Shown piece by piece: positions 51,595 to 64,000 of a stretch of DNA of 64,000 nt. Made by a program: the position numbers and the translations under genes. The notes beneath the pieces were generated by a model. The model was not told where the DNA came from and did no database searches. It saw only the letters and a program-made list of their open reading frames with translations. This stretch comes from Eledone cirrhosa. Taxonomy: Eukaryota. The stretch is taken from assembly GCA_964016885.1 (NCBI GenBank), contig OZ024756.1, forward strand, positions 34,410,001 through 34,474,000, read 5' to 3'. Each line of letters begins with the position of its first letter. Position 1 is the stretch's first letter.

Positions 51595-54500
51595 AGATCT
51601 AATTAAAAAAAGAAAATATTTAATTAGTCGTATGAGAAATCATATGGTCTTTTATTTTTAAACTCCTTAATAGAGCCATCATTGATCCAGTACCGGTAGC
51701 GTCACAAAAAATAATGGTCGATCTATTGGCGGGAAAAAATAACACCCCAACAAAGAACAAAACTAAACAATACAGAAACGGCTCTTTTCTCCAGGCTGTG
51801 TAATAATTCTTACAAAGTAAGAGTTATTGAAGAATTGAAGAGTTCTTTGGCATTCAGTAATGGACATGTTCTATTAAAGTAGCGCGGAATTTAGAAGGAT
51901 GAGACGAGACAAAAGGCAGGCAGGATTGAAGAACAGCAGAAAAGATTTTATAAAGAAGGAAAAGAAATGAAAGAAGACAAAGAAAGTAAAGCAATGTGAA
52001 GAGAAAGAAAAAAAATAATAGCAAGAAAGGAAGCTCTATGTATAGTTATATATTTTACCTTTTTTTCTTTTAAATAACTATATAAAAATAAAATAATAAT
52101 AATAATAATAAATTTGTCTCCGAGATGTTTCCAACCCGCCACCAAAAATTGATTGTGATGTTACAAAAGGAAGAACACAAAACAGAAGTCAACGAACACT
52201 GTTTAATCCATTAACATTTACATTACTCTATATTTACTATTGTATTTTTGCAGTAAAGGCTTTACCTCACATAATATCGAATCTATGAGATTTTGATATT
52301 ATTTATTTTGGGAACAATACCTTAACATTGGTATGAGTTGTCAGTTGCAACCGGTTTGAACAGAAAGAGGCGAGAGAATTCTGTCCGGATACGGTCGGTT
52401 TAAATGCTAAAGGGTTAATGTTGTATTTAATCAGAGACTCTAAAATGGTGGTTCCCCGACCTTTTGTCACTGCGACAAGTTTTGGAATAATCAGCAATCC
52501 TTCAAGAGCCCCTTTTATCTATTTATATCTTATTTTATTTTTTTTTTAATTGTTTTAATTTATTTTTAAAATTTAGAAATTTTTTTTTAATATAGAAATA
52601 TATTCACAAACATTTTTAGCTTCTATTGATTATTGAATATTTCAAAGGAAAATTATTTTGTCTTCACAACCCTTAGGTTGGGGACTGCCGATCATACCCT
52701 CAGTAATGGATATATATCTTTCTATCTTCCTCACCTCCAAAAAACCTTGAATTTCATGATTGAAAAGTCTGAAAGCAAACCGAAATTTCCCAGGTGACTG
52801 AATGCGTACCATTGCCACCGCCACCACTAATATTTATGGACTTCCCAGTAATCTGAACAAAATATACCCCTATCCCCCACTTGCCACCTCTCTTGCTGTA
52901 ACCATATCCAATAAATGGGGGTGGGGCAAGGGAATTTTGTCAAACACTTACAATGATCCTTTTGCTCCTCTCCCAGCCCCACACTTCCCCAGCCTCCCCG
53001 TATTTATAAATTGTAATAGAAAAAAAACGTAAATAAACAGCTGCTGCTTTCAATGTGTTTATTGTCACACACATATGCACAGACATACACACATACACAT
53101 GCATATATATATATATACCCACACACACATATAGACATACATGTAACACACGTAAAGATATATATATATAACACATATGTGGAACAAATACTGTGAAATA
53201 TTCATGCTTTAACTCTTTTGATACCAGCCCACCCGAAAACACCTCTGGTTCTATGAAACGAAACAGCCCATTTTAAAGTGTTCTTATTAAAATAAAACTT
53301 TCCAACATAATTTGATATAAGAACCTTTCGTTAAGTTATGTTACAGATACTATCTTAACCCTTTATCATTTACATATCTCTCTATATACTATTGCATTTT
53401 CACAGTAAACACTTTATCTCACATAATATCAAATCTACAAGATTTTGATATTATTTATTTTGAGAACATAACATAAGTATGAACAGCTGGTAATGGCCAG
53501 TTTGCACAGAAAGAAGTGAAAGAATTCTGGCCGAATATGGCTGGTTTAATCCTCTAGCATTTACATTACTCTATATATACTGCTGTATTTTCGCAATAAA
53601 GGCATAATTATTTCACATAATATCGAATCTATGAGATTTTGGTATTATTTATTTTGAAAACAATACCTTAATATCAGTATGAGCAGCTGGTTTGAACAGA
53701 AAGAAGTGGGAGAATTCTGGCCGGATATTGTCAGTTTAAATGCTAAAAGGTTAATAATAATAAAATGATTAATTTTAGTAAATCCCTTCAGATTCTTCAT
53801 TAATAAACTCCAATGCAGTGTATTTCATTAGGAATACAGTAACAAACAGGTTAACGAATCTGCCAATTTACAGCCTAACTAAAAAAAACCATAACAGTTT
53901 ATACGTATTCACTGTTGTACTTTTATAAATTATTGTTGATTCTTTCGACCGATCTCTCCAGGTTAGGTGTCCCTACATTCGCACCCATCCACAGTGTTGC
54001 TGTTTCTGATGTCTATCACATTATTGAACACATCCATCTATATCTAAGAATTGGGTTTATTACATGTACCACCCCTCTTCGCTGTCATACTAGTGTAGTT
54101 CATTTGAAACAGAGGTTCCAAACTGTGTTTTGCAACACATCAATGTGTCACCAATAATTTATAGGTGTCTTGTGACAACTTAGTGTGTTTTTAATTAAGA
54201 ATCCTCAAAGTACTTTCTAATAATTCTTCATCAAAATTTCGAAGTTGTTTGAAACTGTTTATTTTTAAAGTGCTTATATTTATCTAATTTTCTTTTTATT
54301 ATTTTCAAAATTAATTGAAAATCATAGGCAGTGTCTTTCATTAGAAATATGATAAGAGGGTTAAAGTGTTTATATTTATCTAAATTTGTTATTTTCGAAA
54401 TTAATTGAAAATCATGGACAGTGTTTTTTATTAGAAATATGGTGATAAGAGGGTTAAAGTGTTTATATTTATCTAACAACCTTCTGTCAACACTTTATGT

Positions 54501-54947
54501 AAGACATTTTTGTTAAGTAATACTTCAAAATATCAACTTACTAATGTAAAAAGTTGGCTTTATTATTAAATCACTCAAAATGCTTCATTTTCAAAATTAA
54601 TTGAATCATATAAGCAGTTATACTTCGTTAGAAATATGGTATCAAAAAGGTTAAACATTGCTTTTCACTTTGTCCCTGTTATAAATAAATCTTTGAAGAC
54701 AGACATTTTAAAATCCTTCACACAACACACGGACACATATGCACCAATGCACATACATAATTATGCACGCCTGCACAGCTCACATATATATTTGATAAAT
54801 GCACACGTATTCACACAGGTTTGCCAAATGTAAATATTAATCCTGCTGAAAGCTATTCCTCCAGAATTGATTTCAAATATGTATATATTTTGTTCATTTT
54901 TTTTTTTCTTTATTTTTAAAAATATTTTTGTTGTTGCTGTGTGTTTC

Positions 54948-54953
54948 AATAAA
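54948..54953 (+). terminator. Candidate distal polyadenylation signal of the calmodulin-like gene
   Basis: AATAAA followed about 30 nt later by a GT/T-rich element. More proximal AATAAA hexamers also exist. Confidence 0.3.
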
Positions 54954-55349
54954 TGACATTTTTTGAAAAACCAAATATGAAGATGACTTGTTTTTATTGT
55001 GTTTGTCCTTCTTGTTTGATTTCCTTTTACTTATTGTTGCTATTACTGTTGTTGTTGTGCAAGTGACTTGATTTAAGACCTTGTCTTTAGCAAGTTGGTA
55101 GAGCCGTTAGTGTTAGACAGAACATCTTGTGATATTTGTTCCAGCTCTCTGCACTTAGAGTTCAAACCCTTCCCAAGTCAACTTTACTTTTTATCTATCT
55201 ATCTGAGGTCAATAAAATAAAACACCAGTCTATGGTAGTCGATTGGTAGAATTGTTAGAACGTTGGAAGAGATAATTTGTGGTATCTGTTTCAACACTTA
55301 GTGAGATTTAAACTCATAGTGCTAACGATAAGGGTTAATCACACCTCCA

Positions 55350-55900
55350 TATATATTTGTTTGGGGTACTGAACCAGCACAACAAGTCATTATGTCATCA
55401 ACACCTGGAGAATACAATAGAACCTTTGAAATATTTATAACATTTGGAAAGTTAAAGATAAAAGAAAACCAACCATCATTACATAGGCAATACTAGATAA
55501 GGCACCAGCATTTAGAAATGGATCACAGTATTGCTGCTTTTGTGTTCCTGAGAAACTACATATCATTTGCCATCCACATCAATTCTAAACAAAAGAAAAG
55601 AACTTATTTTGACCTGCCAGAAAACAACCTAATTTCTTCTCATGAACTTCAAAACAAACCCACTTAATGCAGATCCCTTGATTACTTCCAGTTAACTAAA
55701 AGGTTGCATAGACTTCACCAGCTTACTTAAGTTATTTTCCTTACCTTCTTTTCTTTAAAATTCAATATATGTATGAGTTTAAAAATATATATATATATCA
55801 TAATTTTTGTTTTTTCTGTATCTATCCTTTGTGATCCTGTCTCTATTTGTGTACTTCTGAAGAAGGGTTGAAGCCCAACACATCGAACTTTCTTTCCCAT
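55350..55900 (+). mobile_element. Decayed Penelope-like element 3' end (GIY-YIG endonuclease tail plus eroded hammerhead)
   Basis: From 55442: IWKVKDKRKPTIIT*AILDKAPAFRNGSQYCCFCVPEKLHIICHP, frameshift, ILNKRKELILTCQKTT*FLLMNFK, matching the PLE motif IW.LK..W.I..CxLCxxEK..LNKRxE..CRH..KFLL. CTGAAGAAGGG..CCC at 55857. Confidence 0.75.
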
Positions 55901-57586
55901 TTTCCATATAAAGCAGGAAACTATTAAGACTTTTGTACCTCTGTTTTGTTGTTTCCTTGAACTATATTATATAAAGAACTTGTTTTAACGGCTTGTAACT
56001 CCTTCATTTATTCATTTGCTTATTCCCGCTCTGCTTAAACTATACGCTAAATATTAACCTCCTCTAATATTTAACTCTGCTAACCCAAGCATTGAGCACA
56101 CAACACTTCGGCTATTGGCATTTAGTAATCTGTATCGCACCTCTCTGCTTCCTTATGATACTTATACCCTATTATATATATATATATATGTTACTATTAC
56201 TAGTGCAGAGTAAAAGTTTAAGCAAAAAATTTCTCTTTTCACCCTTATACAAGATTCTGTGAAAGCAGAAATCGCTAGCTTAAACTTTTAACCTCTGCTA
56301 ATAATAAATATTTGCTCTATGGTTTTATATTATATATATATATCAGTTTTAACTGTCTGATGGACCTTGTGAATACAGGCAAAACTTCAAAGTAACAGGA
56401 CACTGGCTTGAATTTAATGAGATTATATATATTTAATAAAATTTTATATACAAATATATTTTGTTTTTTTTTCACCCTCACAATAAAAGTAGTGTGACCT
56501 CTGTCATCTTAACCTGATATCTAGTTAAATAAGAACTACAACACACACCTACACCCACATTTATGTATTTGTGTGTATATATATATATATACATATATAC
56601 ATACATACATGCATATATGTATGTATCAGGCTTTTTTCCTGTAACTTATCTAACTGTTGTGTCTGTGAAAGAATTATATATATATATATATATCAAAGTG
56701 AAGTGACCTCTGATAGGCTTATTTCTTAGTTTTTTAGTTGTTTTCTTCCCCGCTTATCTTCGCTGTCAGTCCTATTACTATCTCATTTACTAATGAATTC
56801 AGCAAGTAAATGAGGGGAGTTTCTCTCAACCTGCTAGAAATAGTAGTCAAATTGAACTCATATCTTGCCCCTTCATATTTAGTTGTTTGTCTTTGCTCCC
56901 TCTGAAACCTTGAGGACAGGTAAAAAACTCATTAATGCAGGTGATGTACCCTTTAAGCCAGGTAACTAGTCCTTGAAATTAGGTGACAGGCTCGTTAAGA
57001 CAGAGTAACAGGTGGTTGAAGACAGGTGACCAGTCTTTGAGGATAGATTGACCAGTCCTTCAAGTTAGTGTAGTAGATCATTGAAGATAGATAATTGAAT
57101 TAATAGTGCAGGTGAGAGGTCTGTTAAGCCAGATAACTAGCCCTTAACAGGCTCATTAAAACCAAGTAAGAAGTGTTTTATGACAGGTAATAAGGGACTT
57201 GAAATTAGGTAGAAGTATTGTTGTTGTTCTTGTTAATATTGTTGCTGTTGTTGTTGTTGTTGCTGCTGCTGCTGCTGCTGTTGGTGTTGTTTTTATTTTT
57301 GTTGTTGTTGCTGGTGTTGTTGTGGCTGCTGCTGCTGTTGTTTTTATTGTTGTTGTTGCTGGTGTTGTTGTTGTTGTTGTTGTTGTGGCTGCTGTTGTTG
57401 TTGGTGTTGTTTTTATTGTTGTTGTTGTTGCTAGTGTTGTTGTCACTGGTGTTGTCAGTGTTGTTGTCGGTATTGTTGTTATAGCTGCTGGTGTTGTTGT
57501 TGTTGTCAGTGTTATTGTTGCTGTTGTGGTTGTTATAGTTGTTGTTGTTGTTGTGGTTATATATTCAGTTTTAACTATCAGTGAAG

Positions 57587-58614
57587 ATGTTGAAGGAAAT
57601 AAGTCCCCGGAAGGATTTCATTGCTGGATATTTTGGAGGTGTAGCCATAGTGATGGCGGGACACCCACTGGACACTATAAAGGTAGGCATTTCTATGTTT
57701 TACAGGTGGACAAGAGGTGTTGTATTGTGTGTTGTGTGGGTGGTGTGTGTTGTGTGTGTTGTGTGTGCTGTGTGTATTGTGACTGGTGTATGTGTGGGTG
57801 GTGAGTGAGTGTGTTTTTCTTTATCTGTGTATCTATGTATGTATGTGTGTATGTATGTATGTATGTATATATGTATGTATCTTTGTATATATGAAGGGAG
57901 GGAGGGATGAATGTATATATGTCTATATGTATGCAGATATGCATGTATGTATATATATGTATATATATATACTATACATATAATATGCATGTATGGTTGT
58001 ATGGGGATGTATGCATGTATGTGTTAACTCTCTCTCTCCCATCCCATCTCAGTGCTATTATATATATATATATATACTATGCTGATGATGATGATATACT
58101 ATCGTCACTCTAATACATCACCTGGTTTCAGGTTCGATTACAAACAATGCCACAAATCCCAGGCCAACCTTCACTTTATCGTAACACATTGGATTGTGGA
58201 CTGAAGATTGTCAAACGAGAGGTAAGACATTATATATTGATTATATATAGATTATTGAGAGCCTATCATCATCATAGATGCACACACACACTATATATAT
58301 GCATGTGTGTTTCCCAGGTTTAATCGGTGGTAACCACAGTAAGTAAGGTACTCAATACATAGTAGAGTATATACAATATTTAATATAGAAATGACTTCTA
58401 CAGGACTAGAACTGTTTCCTGATTTTTACATAGGAGAAGACAACTGATCGCGACATGGGGAGAGATGTCATACTCAGAAGGACCCACCCAACCCATGCAA
58501 ACATGGAAAAGTGGACTTAAAAATGATCATGATGATGATGTATTTACTGAATATCGAATTCACATAAATGTTAAAATCTGTATCATCATTAGTAATTATT
58601 AATCATCAACCAGA

Positions 58615-58657
<43 letters not shown>

Positions 58658-61600
58658 TATATACATACATATATGTATTTTGATGACTAAAACAATGTTA
58701 CTCACATGTTATCATTAAAGCTCAAAATGGAGAGATGAGTGACCAAAATAATGAAGAGAGACACTTAGTAAACTATGAAGTCATGAAAACGAACTGAATA
58801 TCATTATAATTTTAATTAAATCTAATTAATTTCGATGCTTTAACATTTCTTTGGTGTGAAGGGTTAATTATAAAATAATAAAATGATCTTAGTGTGATGA
58901 TGAATTAGCTCTTTGTTGCTATATTTCTCATGAAAGACACTACTTATAGTCTTCAAATAATCTTTTTAAATGATCAAGAATTTGGAGGGAATTAGACAGT
59001 AATATATCTTTCTCATTAATAAACTGGTTTTTGAATCATAACTTAACCATTTTGTTACTATTTCTCAAATGAAGAATATGAGCTTGGCTGGTCATGCTTA
59101 GGGATCCAGCCGGATCAGTTGGAGACATTTGCTTCTGACATGACCCGTTGGAAGAAGTGTTTGAGGACTCTTCCCCTACGACCCTCTCATGAATAAGTAG
59201 ACGAAGAAAAAAGATATTGTCTATGATTTTTAAAATAATTTTTTAAATAATCAAGAATTTTGATGGGTTTTTAAAAAAAAATATAACTAACTTTATAATT
59301 ATTAAGCTGGCGTTTGAAATAAAACTTAACGGTTTTGTTACTATATTTCTAATGAAAGACATTGCCTGTTTTTCAAATCTTTTGAAAATAATCAAGAATT
59401 TGGAACGTGTTTAGTAACTTCTTTATTATTAAACTGGTGTTTGGAACGTAGTTTATCAAAGGTTGTTACATAATATCATGACAAAAGGTATTTAGATAAA
59501 TATAAACATTTTAAAATAAACAGCTTTGTATCGTATAACCCGGGTCATTTCTTGGTTGTTTGACATCAAAAGGGTTAAAGTACTTACCAAGAACTATAAC
59601 AAAATGTCACAAGACATTTGTCTGATGCTCTATCGATTGTCAGAACACATATATTATTACTTATTCTATAACAAACTGAAGTTTATTTCTCTGATTCTTT
59701 CAACCATAGAGTGTCCGAGGGTTGTACAAAGGAATGGGCATTCCTCTGGTCATCATTCCACCAATGTTTGCTCTTTGGTTCTTCGCCTTTGGGGTTGGTA
59801 AAAAATTACAGCAAAAATCACCCCAGGAACAACTAAGGTAGGAGTCATATTTTGCTCAGTCACCAATTTTTTATACTGTTTTCAGTTCAAAAAGAGGTTT
59901 TATAATGAATCATTAATCATTTTTTTCTAACATTGGCACAAGGCTACCAATTTTAGGAAGGGGAAAGTCGATTGACCCCAGTACTTGATTGGTACTATAT
60001 TTCATGAGCCCCAGAAGGATAAAATGCAAAGTTGACTTCAGCAGGATTTGAACATCAAGAGCTATAATAATTACTGCTCAGCATTTATCCGACATGCTAA
60101 TGATTCTGCCAATCCAAGAAAGACCTAGGTAGAGGTGGTAAGAGCTGAGACTCAGAGGAGATGACGAAGGAACGCGGCGAGTGGAGAGATGCTGTGCTGA
60201 AAAGGACCCAAGCAAGCATGGAAATACGGATGTAAAAATGATGATGTTATACATACATATATACATGCATATATATATAAGTGTGTGGATTTCGTATATC
60301 TAATGATATACGGTGTGTTTACGAATAAACATTTGGAAAGCCTTCTAGCTATGAATATTGAAAAGCTGATGGGTAGCGCCATCTAGCGGATTCCACCAGA
60401 AGTAGCAGGGGACAACTACCAATGCATTTCTGGCTCTGGCTGTCATCAGGATAGTCTTCCCCTGATCTCTGCTGGAATATGAAACAGGCGAAAATGTATA
60501 GTTTTTCGCCTATGTTTACAGCTATGTCGGAGCAAAAACTTTAACTCTTTCGTTAATATGCATCTAATGAAAGACACTGTCTATGGTAATGATACTAACA
60601 CTCTCATACATGGTGCAGTGTATCATATATTTGTGATTGTTCAGTTATTTTCAGGTGTTCAATGCAGGTATGCTAGCAGGAACTGTAGCAACAGTTCTTT
60701 GTTCTCCAGGTGAAAGAATCAAATGTTTATTACAGGTGAGTTTATTTCCACGGGTGACTAATTTATTCTGAATGAATCACACAGAGAAACACCTGATCAG
60801 TCTGGTCAACATAATATAGAGAAGACCAAACTGGCTTTGTTGGGTTCCTGACAATCAGCTGTAGTGTTGGTGCCACCCAGTACTCTCTGTAAAGTAGTTG
60901 TGTTGGTGCTATGCCAAAGTAGTATGTTCATGACAATAGATAGTATGATAGATAGTTCACGTGAGATGGTCTGCTAAATATATTGGTAGATTAAAAAGAC
61001 GCAGTGCTATATATTGCAGACCTGCCAACCTCTAAAAACCCAAAACGAAGAGTACCATGAAAAAAAGTGTCCCAAAATGGGGAGATTTTACATAATGAAA
61101 GCTCTATCCATTTTCACACCTCAAAGTAGGTGGGAGATCTCCCCGTCCAACGGGGAGAGTTGACAGGTCTGATATTGGAATACAACTGGGCTGCAGTACA
61201 CACGTAGCTTTGCTTATAATGTCTGCCAAATCTATTGGTAGATTAAGAATACACAGTGCTATATATTAGAATACAACTCCATTTACTGGAGTATAGAGCA
61301 CATACGTAACTTTATTTGTAATGTCTTCCAAAAGATATGTAGTAGTTTGGTGGGTTTAAAGAACAACTGGCAAAAACAATTTCTTTCGAATAATTAGTGA
61401 TGGTCTTTATTGGACATGGGCCATTATGTGTGTGTGTGTAACTAAGAGTGTATATGCATGTAAATATGTGTAAGAGTATGTATCTATCTATCTATATATG
61501 TGTGCATGTATATATGTATCTATATCACTGTGTGTGTGTATATATATATATATATATTTGTGTGTATGTATAGATATATATATTTGTGTGTATGTATAGA

Positions 61601-63413
61601 TATATATCTGTGCGTGTTTGTAGTTCATCTTATTGTCGGCTACTTACTGTTTGGCCTCAATACCGAAGGACCACTTCCTCTACAAGTACTTAGATGTCAA
61701 CCGAAGTACTTTACACATTACACAGTTACCTAACTTACTTTAACACAGGGCAGCAACAAGATCTCCTTCGTGACTGCTCTATTTGCTAGAAATAGCAGCT
61801 AAATCACAAGTACTTACATATCAACAGAAGTACTTTACACTCATGTTGGTGCTTGGACATAACATAAACGGTTCTTACGTAAAATTATAATGGAAGGTTT
61901 TTAGATAAATAGAAACACTTCAATATTTCTCATAAAAGACTCTGCCTATGTTCTATATCAAATATCTTTGAAAATTATCAAGAATTTGGGGGTATTTAGT
62001 AATTTAACTAACTTAACTTGTCCAACCCATGCAAGCATGGAAAAACGGACATAAAAAGGCGATGATGATAAAGGTTTAAAAATAAACAGTTTTGTATCAT
62101 AGAACCAGGGGTGGTTTCAGGTAGTTTGGTATCAAAATGGTAAACCATTGTAACAATTTGTGTGATAGAACCAGGGTTTGTTTCAGTCAGTTTTTTTTTG
62201 TATCAAAGAGGTAGTCCTCTGTAACAGTTTTGTATCATAGAACCAGGGATGGTTTCAAGTAGTTTGGTATCAAAAGAGTTAATTATTGTCTTTAGTTTGT
62301 ATTTATATGTTTATCATTTCAGGTCCAGCAAGAATCCAAAGAAAAAGCTAAATATCGAGGCCCTGTCGACTGTTTACGTAAACTGTATCATGAAGGGGGC
62401 ATACGATGGATTTATAGGGGCACAATGGCAACCTTTGTCAGAGGTTCGTTAGTATTGTTTGTGGTGGTTGTAGTGATAGCTGTGGTGTTGTTGTTGTTGT
62501 TGGTGGTGGTGGTTGTAGTGATAATTGTTGTGTTGTTGTTGTGGTGGTGGTGGTGGTTATGGTGATAGTTGTGGTGTTGTTGCTGATGTTGGTAGTGGTG
62601 GTAGTTGTGGTGTTGTTGGTATTGTTTTTGTTACTAGTGGTGTTGTTGATGTTATTATTGGTGGTGGTTGTGGTGTCACTGACATCTAGTCATAAAAAAC
62701 CTCACTCAATCTCTCATTGATGATTTCCATTATTATTTACAGATATACATGGATCAGGATTCTACTTTATGACTTATGAGTATATGCGACATCTTCTATC
62801 TGAAGACAATAAAAGGTAATGTTTCTGTTAACCCTTTCAGTGCCAGTGACATTGTTTTTATTTTCGGTATTTTGGAATAATTTTTCATATTTTTAGACCC
62901 ATGCCAGGATTATATGTCAATTTTTCATTTTTTCACCCTAACTACAAAGCCACATGGCGTCACTATGAGTGTATGTGAGTGCATCTAAGTGTGTATATAT
63001 AAATACATGTATATATATACATGTGCATATATATACATGTGTGTATAAATACATGTGTGTATATATATATATGTGTATATACACATGTGAATGTATAAAC
63101 ACATGTGTATACATACATGTATGTATACATTCATGCATGTATATATACATATGTGTGTATATATACATGTTAATATACAGACACATGTGTTTATACATGT
63201 GCGTGTTATATATACACGAGTATATATATACATTTGTGTGTATACAGACACATGTATGCGTTTAAATGAAAGTACATCTCTTTATTGTTCGTCTATATAA
63301 CAGATGTGAAACTCTGAGTCCCCTCAAAACTCTATTGGCTGGTGGTGTGGCAGGACTGGTCAACTGGACACTAGCCGTACCTATGGATGTTGTTAAAACA
63401 AGGATACAAATAG
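57587..63413 (+). CDS. SLC25A20: Mitochondrial carnitine/acylcarnitine carrier-like (SLC25 family), 3'-partial, 7 exons in window
   Basis: join(57587-57682,58132-58221,59710-59837,60645-60735,62323-62443,62743-62815,63304-63413). [53 protein letters not shown] and [22 protein letters not shown] match CACT. Three Px[DE]xx[KR] motifs are present. Confidence 0.9.
60374..60389 (-). promoter_or_regulatory. Candidate CTCF-binding motif
   Basis: Minus strand CCGCTAGATGGCGCTA fits the bilaterian CTCF core CCRSYAGRKGGCRS. Confidence 0.4.
61017..61171. mobile_element. MITE with 6-bp TSD
   Basis: TIR CAGACCTG(C/T)CAAC, TSD ATATTG on both sides. A truncated relative lies at ~39575-39720. Confidence 0.8.
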
Positions 63414-63547
63414 GTAAGATAATAAACCACACATGTATAACTGTGTGTGTGTCTGTCTGTCTTTATATGTGTCTTTGCATATGTGGGTGTCTGCCTGTAT
63501 CTGTATACATCTCTATGTGAATGTGTGTCAATATGTATGTATATCTC

Positions 63548-63750
63548 AAGAAATCCCAGTAGAAGGAAGACGCAGTAGAGGTAGACCACGAAAAACATGG
63601 GCGAAGGTGGTGAGAGCAGACCTGAGATCGCTGAAACTCACGGAGGAGATGACAAAGGACCGTGACAAGTGGAGAGATGCTGTGCTGAATAGGACCCATC
63701 CAACCCTTGCAAGCAGGGAAAAGCAGACGTAAAATGATGATGATGATGAT
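63548..63750 (+). mobile_element. RTE-clade LINE 3' end with (GAT)n tail
   Basis: VEGRRSRGRPRKTWAKVVRADLRSLKLTEEMTKDRDKWRDAV followed by a short 3' UTR and (GAT)n. A shorter copy lies at ~60120-60245. Confidence 0.85.
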
Positions 63751-64000
63751 CTCCATGTGTATGTGTGCATATATTTCTATGGATATGTCTATGTGTGTAT
63801 ATCTCTCTGTATATGTCTGTGTGTCAGTATGTATGTCTATATCTCAATGTGTGTCAGTATATATCTCTATGTATATGTCTGTCTGTGTCAGTGTATGCCT
63901 ATATCCCTATGTATATGAATATCCATGTATGAGTGTATGACTGTCCATGTATGTAGTATACAGATTCCAATATATTCCATTAGTTATCCGACATTATTTC

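Noticed and set aside
51726-51737. E2F-like motif TTGGCGGGAAA
   Set aside because: It lies in a 3' UTR far from any evident TSS; a single short match.

Overview
AT-rich, microsatellite-dense animal genomic DNA. The SINE repertoire and gene structure suggest an octopod/coleoid cephalopod (inference). A 200-N scaffold gap lies at 386-585. Three spliced + strand genes were reconstructed by hand: (1) the 3' 20 exons of Integrator subunit 8 (INTS8, 970-17245), with a clear U12-type minor-spliceosome intron and two apparent single-T frameshifts; (2) a 7-exon, 182-aa calmodulin-like EF-hand gene (42475-51594); (3) the first 7 coding exons of a mitochondrial carnitine/acylcarnitine carrier (SLC25A20-like, 57587 onward, running off the window). 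An intronless 201-aa ORF with about four TM helices (37172-37777) is not recognisable. The rest is SINEs, LINE fragments (RTE, Ingi/Vingi-like, CRE-like), MITEs and minisatellites. The most striking unannotated signal is about ten short, often fold-back insertions near (TA)n tracts that carry complete or half type-I hammerhead ribozyme motifs. One, at 40206-40302 on the minus strand, has an intact core. A decayed Penelope-like endonuclease tail at about 55.4-55.9 kb is a plausible relative of their source. Nearly all ORFs in the supplied track are microsatellite artefacts.
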